This document shows positions 1-13,744 of a DNA stretch of 64,000 nucleotides, in pieces. A program made the position numbers and the translations under genes. Below the pieces are notes generated by a model. That model ran no database searches. It was not told the DNA's origin and worked only from the letters and a program-made list of their open reading frames with translations. The first letter of the stretch is position 1. Every line of letters begins with the position of its first letter. The DNA comes from Eledone cirrhosa (lineage: Eukaryota), in the NCBI GenBank assembly GCA_964016885.1, contig OZ024742.1, positions 275,094,001 to 275,158,000 on the forward strand, in the 5' to 3' direction.

Positions 1-1660
1 TTTGAATAAACATATTTTCTTTATTTATTCGTATTTGTTCTGTTGTATTGTCAGCGCAAAGATAAAATGGTAAGACTTGGAATTTGGGTGTCTTATTACT
101 TGCGTATATGTCTAGATGTGCACTGAGTGGTATCTGTCTTGTGGTAGGGTCTCGTAATTGTTGGCGATGAACTGTCATTATGTTTCTGAGTGTGAGTTTA
201 GTTTGTCCTATATAATCTTCATTGCATCATTTACATTTAATGGCATAAAGTATATTTTTTGATGATCTAGGGAAGTGATTTTTTACAGCAAAATTTTGTC
301 CTGATTGAAATGAATACGTGTTGCCTTCAATAGGTGAGTGCAGGTTCCACAATTAGAGTGACCACATTTTTTGACAGTTGGTTCTGGGTTTGTGGTAGGT
401 AATTTGACATTGGTGAGTAATGCTTTTAGTGATTTCGGTTGTCTTTTGCTTTTGATTATTTTGTGTGTTTCAAGGGCTTATTTTAATTCTTGGGTCTTGT
501 ACCAATAGTGGGATGTTCTTGTGAATAATGTTGTAAGCTTCCGCATTTCTTGGGTTGTGTGTCGTGATATATGATAGAATATTGGACGTACCTTGAATTT
601 GTTTCTGTTTGCGTAATTCATCAATGCCTATTCCATTATTTATTAGTAATGGTGGTTACTCTCTTTCGAGTAGAATTTCCTTTAATTCTTGAAGTCATTT
701 ATTTCGCGTTTCATAATTGGAGACAATTGTGCAAATTCTTCTTGCTAGGTTAAAAGGGATGTTCTTCTTCGTGTGCTTTGGGTGGTTGGAGGTGAATAGC
801 AGGTATTGTTTGTATTCTGTTGCTTTGTAGTGGATGTCAGTTTCAATATTTGTGTCTTTTTTATGATTCAGAAATGGGCGTTGATCTTGGCTGTATTCCA
901 TTGTGAATTGGATGTGGTTATTGATGCCGATAATTAATTTTTGAAATCATTTAGTTGGTCGAGTGTGTGAGACCAAAGAATGAGACAATCATCCAATTCT
1001 ATTGCTTTCATAATTGCGTTTCATAATTGGAGACAATTGTGCAAATTCTTCTTGCTAGGTTAAAAGGGATGTTCTTCTTCGTGTGCTTTTTTAGTTAAGT
1101 CTTCCTGGTATCGACAAATGAATGTGTTTAATCTGGTCATCGTTTTTGATTGCTGTTAGTTTTTTACTCTTTCATAGTAGTTAGTATCTTGTAAGAGAGA
1201 GAACATAGAATGTTTATATTGTTCAGCAACCATAATGACGACAGCACTTCCCTAGTCTGCTTCCTTAAATATAATGTCAGTATTGTTCATGGATAATCTC
1301 CCATTCCCTTCGTCTCGTGTTGGGTTTGGGTTTAGGTTACGTTAGTTCATGGTATGGGAAAGTTGCTATGTAGTCACAAAATTTGTCGAGAACTCTATTC
1401 CTACCCTTTATTGGGTAGTAGCTGCTTTTATTCCGTACAATTGATTGGTCGTTATTCTCCTTGTCAAAAAATTCCTCTGTGAGACGTAATTTTCGACAGA
1501 AGTGTGAGATATCGTCATTTATCTTATTGAGGTTACAGTATTGTGGTGTTGGTGTGAATTTCAGTCTGTTGGAGAGAATTTTAATTTGTTGGGCTGGGAA
1601 ATTTGTATTTGAAAGGTTGATTCTTTTCGGTGTTTCAAAATCGGTTTGTGACACCGGGTG
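1..1660 (-). mobile_element. Decayed Penelope-like element (Neptune-like RT + GIY-YIG), runs off window edge
   Basis: ORF 1337-1654 (KFTPTP...FCRKLRL...RNKSSY) and ORF 695-901 (IETDIHYKAT..QYL.F.S.HP.H.K.NIPFNLARRIC) are clearly homologous to the PLE ORFs at 43981-46155. LDDCL remains at ~985-996 and a YIGQT-type motif near 200-215. Multiple stops/frameshifts; RT core deleted. Confidence 0.85.
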
Positions 1661-1917
1661 GAATCATTTTCCTACACAAACACAACAAATATATATATTC
1701 TCTCCATCTTAACATGCTAACCATGCTCCCCCCCCCCCCCACACACACAACACCCATACACACGCACACGCAACTCCCTCCCCATTTCTACTAATAGAAT
1801 TATCTTCCTACACACACATACACCAGCACACAAATAAACATACATACCTCTACTTTCTTTATTTCAATAGAAAATCTGAATTTTGACACCCCAGCACACC
1901 AGCCATATTCACTGAAC

Positions 1918-2365
1918 CAGAACAATTCTCCCCATCCCGTTTTTCTTGACCATTATCTTTTGTTTGGCACAAAATTCTCTAAAAGGCTACAAAAGAAATT
2001 CCCAAATACGGGCGCGAAATTTAATGTACTTGTTCACGTGACAGTGATAATTTCATTTATAACCAATCAAATTACTTTTCAGCACATCAGTCATACTCAG
2101 AACAACTCTCTCTATCCCTTTTTCTTGACCATTATCTTTTGTTTGGCGCAAAATTCTCTAAATGGCTACAAAACAATTCAAAAATACAGGCGAGAAATTT
2201 AATGTACTTGTTCATGTGATAGTCATAATTTCATTTATAACCAATCCAATTACATTTATAAAAAAAAAAAGTCTTCGTAAGCCACTTTTTTTTAAGTAAA
2301 AATAAATTCAAATACACACTGGTGCGAAAACTGATGTGCTTATTCACGTGACTGCATCAACCAAC
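1918..2365. repeat. ~180-bp tandem duplication (2 copies + partial third)
   Basis: 1918-2075 and 2098-2253 align (cttgaccattatcttttgtttggc...ataatttcatttataaccaatc). A weaker third piece lies at ~2310-2365. Confidence 0.8.
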
Positions 2366-2759
2366 AAAACTTCACTCATATATGAAAATACAATTTGAGT
2401 CCCTCTTTCTTTGAAGGCAAAGGACGGTCTCTCCCGCTCTCGCAACTGCCGGACTTTGGAAACCCATAAATTCCAATCTATATTTGTGTACAGCTACGTT
2501 CGAAAATAAATTCAGCTTCATCATCTCATTTACACAGACGAAAAACGTTAAATTGTTTCCTGTTTTACAGTCCGGCAGTTGCAATAGTGGGAGAGTCGAC
2601 GATTGCCCCCCCCCCCGATTCTATCGAGCACGCATTTATGGCGTAAGCTGCCAGGGTCATGTATAGCTATGGCTTTCTAACTGTCAATTTATAAACATAC
2701 CGTATTTGTTTAGAAATGCGAAATGATTGTGAGACAAGAAACTCTGATTTTCGAGTTAT

Positions 2760-5700
2760 TCGCTCTCCGCTCCCTCCGTAGCCGGGATGACATCGTCATC
2801 AGACCGGCGGACAAGGGAGGCGCCGTAGTGGTATGGCGCGCTGACCTCTACACAGCTGAAGCCCTCAGGCAGCTCCGTAACCCCCTCTTCTACCGCCCTC
2901 TACCCTCTGACCCCACACCCCTCTACCAACAACAAGTTTCCTCCACCATCAAACACCTTGTCTCCTCCTCCCTCCTCCCTCACCGCTTCCCACCTCATCG
3001 TCCGCACCCCACGCACCCCTACTATCTACTTCCTCCCCAAACTCCACAAAACTGACAACCCCGGCCGCCCCATCGTCTGTGCTTGCAACTGCCCCACTGA
3101 ACCCATCTCCGCCTTTCTTGACTCCATCCTCGCCCCCCTCGTCACCACCCTCCCCCCTCACATCTCCGACACCAAGCACGCCCTTCGCCTCTTCGACTCC
3201 TTCACTTTCCCACCCGGCCCACATCCCCTCCTCTTCACTCTAGATATCCAGTCCCTCTATACTGTCATCCCCCACGCCGACGGCCTTCGTGCCCTCCGGC
3301 ACTACCTCGACCTACGCCCCTGCCACATCCCCTCCATCCCACCCTCCTTCGCCTCACCGAGCTGGTCCTCATCCTCAACTACTTCTGCTTCTCGGGTGAG
3401 TTTTACCAACAGATCACGGGGTAGCCATGGGCACAAGAATGGGCCCAAACTATGCCAACCTTTTCGTTGGCCATGTTGAGGCCCAAATCTTTGCCCAGTA
3501 CACCGGCCCCACGCCCGAACTGTACGGTCGTTACATCGACAACTGTATCGGAGCCACGACCCTCACCCGAGAACAGCTCGACTCCTTTCTCTCCTTCTTC
3601 TGCTCCTTCCACCCCTCCCTCCACTTCACCACCTCTATCTCCACCACCCACGTCCACTTCTGAGACATCTCCATCGCCATCGACCCCTCCTCCGCCTTCT
3701 TCAAACCCACCGACTCCCACTCCTACCTCGACTTCACCTCCTCCCACCCAACACACACTATACACTTTATTTCCTACTCCCAACTCCTCCGGATCCGCCG
3801 CCTCTGCAGCCGAGATGCTGACTTTGAGTCCCAAGCCCTTTCCCTAGTCAGCCATTTCCCTCCACCATTCACACCGCCCTCCCTTGTTCACACCACCCTC
3901 ACTCGTGCCGGTGCTGTCCACCGCTCCACCGCCCTCACCCCACGCCACCGCACACCCACCCAAAGTCTCCTCTTCCCCATGACCTACCACCCCTCCACTC
4001 TACCCCTCCACCGCACCATCCTCCGCCTCTTCCGACGCCTCCAGTCCGACCCATCCACTTCCCCTCGCTACCCCTCCCCTCCTTCAAACGCGCACAGCAT
4101 CTCCACACCCTCCTCGTCTACAACTCCCTACCCTACAATCCACGCGCTTCTCCCCCCCCCCCCGGTTCAATTCCCTGCTCCAGGCCTCGTTGCCACACCT
4201 GCCCCCACATCACCAACACCACCACCTCCCAGGGTACCAACGGCCACTCTCTCTCTGTCCGGCACGCCTTCCTCTGCACCTCCTCCAACCTACTCTATGG
4301 ACTTCGCTGCACGGAGTGCAGCGCAACCTACGTCGGACAGACTGGACGTCGCCTGGCGGACCGTTTCACGGAACACCTCCTGGATATTCGCCTCGGCGGG
4401 AGTTCCCCGATCGCCCGCCACTTTCGGTCCTCTGCACATTCCGCCCACCACCTCACAGTCTGTGGCCTTCTCCAAGGCCATGGAAAACCCACCACTCGCC
4501 TCACGGTCGAACAACGCACCATCTTCACCCTCCAGACCCACACACACACCGGCCTGAACTCCCCACCCCTATTCCTTTAACCTTCGACTGCCCACCCTTC
4601 CCCCACCCTTTCCCCACTAACACCTCTAACACACTTCCCCTTTCAACCCCTCTCGGCCCTACCCCAACTAACTATACTAACATCCCCACCCCTCCCCCTA
4701 ACACGCACACGCACACCTGAACATATATACACGCACTCACACTATCCACACACCCTACTACCACCACTAACCCTCACCCACACATCACTCCGACCACCCC
4801 ACAAGTAACATCACTAACCTCCACCCCACCCTGCGCACACGAACACTCACCATAACACACACATCCACCCACACCTTGTACACCACCCACTCCACACACC
4901 CAACCACCACTAACCCCCACTTACACACCCGCTTTCCACCCTTTCCCCACCACATGTTATACTAACACCCACTAACACCTCCTTTACCACACACACGCTC
5001 ATCCAAACACGCACACACACACACACCAATACACAACACTCCCTCCTCCGTCCCCAACACCTCTTCTCTCCCTCTCTTTCTCTCCCTCTCCCCGCTCCAC
5101 CCCACCCCTTCACGCGCACACATCCCACTAACACCTCTACTAATATACACCCCATCGCCCCACTTCACCACCTTCCCCCTCCACCCTGCACACCTACCCA
5201 TCCCCCCCCCCTGTCCACCGCACCTCCGCACACACACACACACACATACACACACACAGTCCTCACCTCACTCCACCTGTCATCCCGCTCTACTGCTATC
5301 TCTTCACCCTGTCTTGACCCTCTGACGCGCGCGCACCCCGCATCCCTCCACTTCCGACCACCACCAACATTAGATTCTACACCTTCGGTCATCTCTCCAA
5401 CCATCCACTCCATATCTTGAAAAATATCCAGCAACTCTCCACACATCCGACGGAACTACGTCAGGGCCTTCCCCACGAACATACACTCACACATTTTCTT
5501 TCTGACCACGCCACCCACATCCACACCACATATAAACACAAACACACACGTGCGTACCACCACATATACACAACCTCCGAAATCCACACGCCACCTTGAC
5601 CACCCCCTAAGCCCTCTCCTTCCACACGCACGCACACACCGACTTACACCCCACCCCACGCGCACACCTTTTCCTGAACATGGAACCTCGTTCTTCCTCA

Positions 5701-6081
5701 AACTCTCACATACACACGCATACACACTCACGTACACCTACACACATACACAAACACCACCTTCAGCCTTCGTCGCTTCGACCCCCCGCCTCCCTCTCCA
5801 AACTCCACCCGCCACCACCCTTACACGCCTCACACCCTTCCACCACTTGTTCATCTTATTGTTTATTCTTATGTTTATTTTTACGTTTATTTTTATTTTT
5901 ATTTGTTCTCCTTCCCCTTTTTGTCTAAATGTATTTCCACACACCCTCTGAACACTCTTCCTAACCTATTTACTCCCGAAGAAGGGCTTATGCGCGAAAC
6001 GTCCCCCTCCCCTCTCAAAAGCGTGAACCTAATAAACCTTTATTTGTCTGCCTCTCTGTTTTGTTCCCGTATAAATGTGTA

Positions 6082-6085
<4 letters not shown>
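2760..6085 (+). mobile_element. Decayed C-rich Penelope-like element (Neptune-like) with long low-complexity 3' region
   Basis: Frameshifted pieces: IRPADKGGAVVV, YFLPKLHK..PGRPIV, TLDIQSLYT.IPH, MGTRMGPNYANLF..RYID, Cys linker, YVGQTGRRLADRF.EH (~4328-4378). Degenerate HHR at ~5973-6005 followed by aataaa and (TA)n. Confidence 0.9.
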
Positions 6086-6124
<39 letters not shown>

Positions 6125-6127
6125 TAT

Positions 6128-9100
6128 TGTTGTAGGGAAAATTCCTGAACGCTCCGCGTAACTATAAGTGGTGTAGGCGAAATGTCTATACAGTATAACT
6201 GAACTAAACTCTGAGTAGGTTTTTTATACGGATCCTCATTGTAATGATCTCGCTGGTAGTTCGAAATTACGTCTGGTGAATACTTTGGTTTACCTTCGTT
6301 CGTACAGATATAGCAAGTGTAACACCCCATTATAACAGTGGCGACGAGATTTCTTTGTAAAAACAATAGAGAAAAAAACTTCTTAAAATGGAAGATTTAG
6401 TAGCCCAAGGTGTACAGGTGAATCAACAACAACAGCTAATAGAATTAATACTGAAAAAATGGAAAATACGTCAAGTTTGTTCGCCCCAGACGCTGTGGGA
6501 AACTCAATAGGAGAATTTGCATGTAACCCAAATGAGGGCATTACATTCTCCGCTTACTTTACAAGTTATGAGGAAATTTTCCGAGGAGAATGCGATCGCT
6601 GGGAAGAAGAAAAAAAAACATGACTTTTGTTATGAAAGTTGGCATGAGTCGAACATGAAAAATACTGCAACTACATACTACCGAAGGAACTTTGTAGATC
6701 TATTTTGAGGAAACTATAAATATCCTGTCAAAGATTTTTAGTGACAACAGTTCTTTATTTAACACCCGTCGGCAGTGTATGATTATGACGATAAAAGAGG
6801 ACGGAGATTTTGTCCGTATGCTGGGATCGTTAACGATGCAAAGGAACGCGAACGATGCAAACTTAACGAACTAACCCCAGACATGTTTAATTGATTAATT
6901 TTCGTGCAAGTTTTAACTGCAAAGAAAGATGCGGAAATTCGTACCAGAATTTTGACAAAATTAGAGCAGAATCATAACTTAACACTACTGGAAATATCTG
7001 AGGAATGTTAGAAAATTATAAATCTGAAACACGATACAGAAAGAATCGAAGAGAGAGACTGCTCTCATATAGAGTATGTGCGACCTAAAGTAAAAAAACT
7101 ATAAAATAATCCATGTTTTGGATGTGGATTACACTTCAGATATGACTGTCCTTTCAAAAACTTAAAGTGTTTCGAGTGCGCGAAAAAAAGGACATAAAAT
7201 ATCAGATTGCAAACAAAACCAAGAAAAAAGGTTCAACAGGAAAAAATTATGCAATCACGTTATCGGCGGAAAAAAAATTAACGAGACTTAAATGAAATTT
7301 ATGTATGTAAAAATTAATAATGTGAATGTTAAATTTCAGTTAGATACTGGTAGCGATATGACTATAATAAATAAAACACGCGGAAAGCAACCGGGAAACC
7401 TACATTAAATATAATCTCGAAGATTGCACATGGCGTTTTGGGAAAGGAATTATTTTTTAAAGGCGAAATAGTAAGTAACGTTACATTTCGTGGCAAGGCC
7501 GTAGAAGCTTATGTATTAAGAAATATAAATCATTTCTGTACTGAGTGGATGGAGCTGTTCAACTTATGGGATTTACCCAAAATATGTTTAGTAAAAATGT
7601 AATTGGGTCGTCCAGTTCAAACAAAGGGTCAGATAATTTAAAAGAATTGAAAAGGTGTTTCCCCGGTGTCTTTTCGGATGAGTTGGGCCGTTGTACTAAA
7701 ACTAAAGCTAAATTTCAAGTGAAAGAAAATGTGACACTTGTATTTAAATCCAAACATAATGTACGGTTTGCAGCATTAGATCAAGTCAACGAAGAATATG
7801 ATAACTGGAAAAAATGGGAGTGATTGAAAAAATTGACCACACAGAGTGGGCGGCTCCAACAGTGTATGTAAGAAAAGAAAATAAAATTCGTGTATGCGCA
7901 GACTTTTCGACAGGACTAAACGAATGTTTAAGAACACACAACTAACGATTGCCAAGTCCAGAAAACTATTTTACGAGACTAAACTGTGGAAAATTGTTCT
8001 CGATGTTAGGCCTTTCTGAAGCTTACCTACAAATACAAGTTGAAGACCAATCTACACAATTGTTGACAATAAATACGCATAAACGTTTGTACAAATTTAA
8101 CTGATTTCCCTTTGGAATAAAAATTGTTCCGACAATAATCCAACAAGTTATTGATACGATGCTGGTAGATTGTGATTTCACGATTGTATACTTGGATGAC
8201 GTATTAATAAAAAGTGAATCTGATGATCAACATGTCAAGCATCCCTATCATCGATAAATATGGTCGTCAACCAGATCCGTCGAGGGCTAGAGCAATTAAA
8301 AATATGCCTCCACCGAAAACGTTACTATGTTACAAGCATTTTTGGGGTTGCGCCCTATTATCAAATATATATTCCGAATATGCAAAATGTAAGAGGTCCA
8401 CTAAATAATTTGCTAAAAAAAGAGAAAGTTGAATTGGACTGATAAGTCCCAAAAGGCGTTTGAAGAAATTAAAAACAAACCATATAAACATCGGAATTAT
8501 CATTAGCGCATTATGGCCCCAAAACATAAATCGCATTGGCTTCAAATGCTAGTGAATACAGTATTGAAGCCGTGATTCTGCACAAATACGATGATGGTAG
8601 CACGAAAGCCGTCACTCATGCCTCACGATCTCTATTATCAGCAGAAAAGAATTATAGCCAAATGGAAAGAGAGGCGTGAGCAATAATTTATACCATGACC
8701 AAATTTCACAAGTTTGTTCAGGTCGTTTGTTGTCAATTAACGGATCAAAGAAGGGAATTTCTACCCATACAGCAAATAAATTACAACGCTAAAACACCAG
8801 GTTATTAAATTATGCTTTTAAGATGGAGTATCTACCATCTAAAAAAGTAGGAAACGCTGATGGTCTATCAAGATTGATATCTAAAAATAGTGAAAAATTG
8901 GAAGACTGATTGCGGCGTTAAGAGCTGAAAAGGAAATAAAAAGTATATTGTGTAACGTAGTACGGAATTACCTGTCACCTTAGAAGAAATAAAATTAAAA
9001 GCGGAAGAAGTCGTTTTTATTACGCACATGAGAAGATTACTGAGATCAGACAAAATATATACATGCTGTTTGCAGAACACAACCCAGATTCGAACTCGTA

Positions 9101-10715
9101 CTCAATTTGTGACATTGTACTGATGTATGCACAAGGAGTAGTAATACCTGTCTCACTACAAAACGAATATTAAAAGAATTTCACATTTGTCATCCAGGAG
9201 TATCAAGAATGAAAGCTCTTATGAGAAGTTATGTATACTGGCCCAAAATGGACCAAGAGATTGAAAACTTGGTAAAACCTTTCAGAGGTTGTGTCCTGGC
9301 AACGAAATCACCCACCACAAAATTTCAACCTTGGCCAAAGACGGATATTCCATGGTCCAGACTACATTTAGATTTCGAAGGTCCACTAAACGGATAACAT
9401 TATCTTGTAGTGGTAGATAGCTTTACTAAGTGGCCTGTAATTTGTAAGTATAAAAACCAACCTCCCCAGTTACAGTAAGAATTTTACACGAATTGTTTGC
9501 AAGCTATGGTATTCCTGATACCATGGTTTCTGATAATAGGACACAATTTATTGCGTATGGATTTAAAAGATTTTGTAAAATGTTCTCTATTGAACATGTT
9601 ACCACACCACCGTATCACCCAAGGTCAAATGAACAAGCGGAACAGTTTGTAGATACATTTAAGAAGTCCTTAAAGAAAGCAAACAATGAAATAGTAGAAA
9701 ATTTAGCACTTCAACAATTCTTATGACTATACTGGGTAACGCCTAATCCTAATACCCATGCAGGCATGGCACCTGCGGAATTGATCTTCGCAAGGAAGAT
9801 TAAGTCAGTGTTTGACAAACTGTTGCCGGGTAGAAAAAGAAAAATATCGGATAACAAAAATACTACGACAAAATTTTTCAAAATTGGCGACAAAGTGTTT
9901 TTTAGAATGTATAAAAATGTGAAAGAAATATGGGAAGTCGGCTTGATGTGAACACATTGGAACATTGTTGTATACGGTAAAATGTCACAAATGGTAACAT
10001 AAGAGCCATATAAACCAGTTATAAAGAAGGTTTGCTGGCGAAAGCGTCACGACAAAGGAAGAACCAATGGAAGTGTTATATGTTATTTCGATACGCCAAC
10101 CCCCAAAGAAATCGTTAATCCTACACAAACAAATACAAGGAAAAGGAACCGTACGGAATTATTACAAGTGGATCCAAAACGTAAAAAATACAGTAAGCTG
10201 TATACGGAGTCAGGTACTCAAAACGGGAGTGGTGGGTGAAAACTGAAAAAAAATATGTATATATAGTATTACAATTTAGCTTCAGGCATAGTTGTATACA
10301 GATATGAATTTGAATTTTGTATTTCAGAAGAAATAGGGTATGTTTAAAATAAACATTTGGTGAGCCGTAGATATGCAAAAAGACCAGCGACTAACGCCGT
10401 CTGGCGGTGTCCAGCGGAAGCAAGGGGGACAATCGTGGATGCACATTTCGACCTGAACTGGTTCTCCTCAGCACGCTCCCTCCCAGTCTTGCAACTGATG
10501 GACTTTGAAAACATGCGAGGATATATGGTTTTCTCGTCGTTGCAAGAGTGGGAGGGATTATGCTGATGAAAACCAGTTCAGTCTGTCAGTAGAGTTTGTA
10601 TACGGAGTCCCATTGTAGTGATTTCATTAGTAGTTCGTAATTACGGTTGCTGAATACTTTGGTTTTACCTATGTTCGTACAGATAAACTAACAGGTTTAA
10701 CACCCTATTGTAACA
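6128..10715 (+). mobile_element. Decayed Ty3/Gypsy LTR retrotransposon
   Basis: 5' LTR TG..CA 6128-6337, then PBS-like (g)tggcgacgag 6338-6348. CCHC knuckles ~7110-7210; protease LDTGS ~7341; RT YLDD ~8189; RNase H; integrase (MRSYVYWPKM, WSRLHLDF, MVSDN, TTPPYHPRSN). Order PR-RT-RH-INT. Diverged 3' LTR ends ...ttgtaaca at 10715. Many stops. Confidence 0.92.
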
Positions 10716-10787
10716 CATACATACACACACACACATACACACACACAGACAAAAAAACACACACACATATACACACACACACACACA

Positions 10788-10870
<83 letters not shown>

Positions 10871-11049
10871 TTTCACACACACGCACACATGTAGAAGTTA
10901 CCTACACATGTTATATTAGCTTCTCTCACTATTAGAATTTACCCCTACTGCCCTCTTCTATCTCATCTGTTTCTCCTAGTAGCTTACTACATCCAAACCC
11001 ACCACTTCCAATCTGCGTGCGCCACCACTTCACTTCGGCCTCGGCTCCT

Positions 11050-11230
11050 ATTCACCCGTCGTACATCACTTCTGCTCCACCGGTCATTCTGCTCGCAATC
11101 TGTCTGTCTGTGGCTTTATTGCGTGCTCCAGAACCCCGGATTCGCGACTGAAGAAAGTGCAACACACCATTTTTCCGGATTCAGACAAGGAACATCAGCG
11201 GTTTGAACTCCCCCATCTATTTGCCTTTAG
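11050..11230 (+). mobile_element. PLE GIY-YIG C-terminal fragment (same type as 2760-6085)
   Basis: Translates SPVVHHFCSTGHSARNLSVCG...QHTIF, matching SPIARHFRSSAHSAHHLTVCG...QRTIF at ~4405-4530. Confidence 0.65.
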
Positions 11231-11785
11231 TTACCCCCCACACCCTCATACTATTAATCCTTTAACGGACCACTACCCACCTCCATCCACTGCTAATTTT
11301 ACTAACCACCCCACCAAACCACCTCTCCTACCAGCCTCTACCATCCACACACGACCAAGACCTACCACCCCTACACCACATTACACAGATACTCACATTA
11401 ACGTACACAGCCACTTTGCCTCCACCTCACCTTTCAAACCGCAGAGATAGCTCCTCCAATAACAAAACTAAACTCTTCCCACCTCAACACCCATCCTACC
11501 TCACCTAACTCCTCTTTTGACCACTGACCCACCACCTCCGCTAATGTAACAACAAAATTAACATCTCCCACCTCACAACCCACCCACACTACACAATCCC
11601 TAACAGAACACACCTCTCTCACCCACCCCGAAACCGACTAATCCACTGACAGACAATTATACCCTCAGCCACTTCTCCTACTGCGCAATTGTATATGTCC
11701 ATTTCATTTGAACACTATACGGAAAAACATAAACGTACATATTCACTGAAACACATATACACACTCAGTATGTATATATACATAC

Positions 11786-11885
<100 letters not shown>

Positions 11886-11925
11886 TATATACACATATAT
11901 ATATATATACATATATACATATATC

Positions 11926-12150
11926 CGTTTTGAAGACGTGAACGACATCAAAAAGGCCGTGACGACGGAACTGCAGAGGATCCCGGAAGAATCCTTCCAG
12001 AAGTGCATGCAAGCGTGGCAGAAAAGGATGGAAAAGTGCATTAGACTCCAGGGGGCATTACTTTGAAGGAGAAAACTCTTAGTGTGAAGTTTGGGTTTGA
12101 AATAAATCTTTTGTGACATCAGTCCTGGAACTTTTCTGACACACCTCGTA
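11926..12150 (+). mobile_element. Mariner transposon 3' fragment with terminal inverted repeat
   Basis: [46 protein letters not shown] is a mariner transposase C-terminus. It ends cttttctgacacacctcg followed by TA. Confidence 0.85.
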
Positions 12151-12255
12151 TATATATAGTGGTAGAACACTGGAAGGTAATACCCGTAGTGGTAGAGTAC
12201 TCAGTCCAAGGGACGAGTTAGGTAGAAGTGGTTACACAACAGTTAGTTCACCATA

Positions 12256-12295
12256 CCGAGAACAATTGTTTCCCCTTAGCGGATCCTCAGCTCGT
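12256..12295 (-). ncRNA. Minimal type I hammerhead ribozyme motif
   Basis: Minus strand: cgag CTGAGGA tcc gctaa ggg GAAA caattg TT ctcg. Stem I cgag/ctcg; palindromic stem III. Confidence 0.75.
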
Positions 12296-12299
12296 AATC

Positions 12300-12412
<113 letters not shown>

Positions 12413-13415
12413 TTGTCGTATACACAGTCCACACCCACGCACATCGAAAATATATACATGTAAAAGTACGAAAGTTAAACACACACAACGCATACACCTA
12501 TGCACACAATGTACACGCACAACTCACTTTTGTATCCACTCGCACACAGCCTCCTGAATATACACTCGATGACTTACTTCCACATACGCACACATATAAC
12601 AATTACAGATACACCTTATTGGCTTCTACTATTAAAATTTACTTATGCTGCTCACTTCCTCCTCATCTGTTTCTCTTACAAGATTCCTACACCCAACTCC
12701 ACCACTTCCGTCAAACCCGATTCTACCACCGACCCACCACCTCTTCTGGTCTGCGTGCGCCACCACTTTACTTCCTCCTCGGACACCTCCGCTGTTTTTC
12801 CCCTCGATTCACCTCGGACCATCTCTACAAACATGTTCACATACACCAACACCCCTACAGAAACATAAACATTCACGTACGTGAACATTATTCCCATACA
12901 CATGTAACTACACAAGAACACACACATCAATACACTAACAGAAAACACGCGTATACACTATCAACACACACACTGTACGCCCACCACGTGCTTTTAATTA
13001 CAATATTTAAGATCACGTTCACACCCTTTTTTCCTTGCTCAAAACCTAAAAATATTTAATACTATACATTGTTTTACCCAACAGGCACAAACAATAAAAC
13101 CTACACAGCCAGCATCATATACACATACACACATACTTACATCTACACATACACACATACTTACATCTACACATACACACAAACACACTTACATCTACAC
13201 ACACACATTTCTCCTTTCTATATATAATTGCAATCTTTAACCTTTCCTAACCTTTTATTTTCGAATCCTAACCCACACATATATGTATATATGTGGGTGA
13301 CTATGTGTATATATGCATATGTATATGTCCGTCTATATACATATATATATACGTGTATGTGTGTGTGTGTGTGTGTGTGTACTTATGTGCGCGTATTTAT
13401 TCTCGTATTTATTCT

Positions 13416-13597
13416 CAGTAAACGCTTATAATATCATATGCGCACAAAATATACGAAAAAAACCTTTGTATGCTTGTGTGCAGACATATATAACACGCAA
13501 ATACAGATGTACTTGCGTGTTATATATGTCTGCACACAAGCATACAAAGGTTTTTTTCGTATATTTTGTGCGCATATGATATTATAAGCGTTTACTG
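13416..13597. repeat. Perfect palindrome, 85-bp arms, 12-bp centre
   Basis: 13416-13500 is the exact reverse complement of 13513-13597 (checked base by base). Confidence 0.95.
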
Positions 13598-13744
13598 TAA
13601 TTTTTAATTATTGCATTTTTACGTGAGGCTTTTTTGCATGCTTTTCCGTAATTGTGTATGTACATATTTTTATATGCATGTGCGTATATATATATATATA
13701 TACGCACACACGCACAACACACACTCATATATATATATATATAA

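Noticed and set aside
10563-10600. CTGATGA as a hammerhead core
   Set aside because: No stem II/GAAA follows; it is part of a long hairpin arm.
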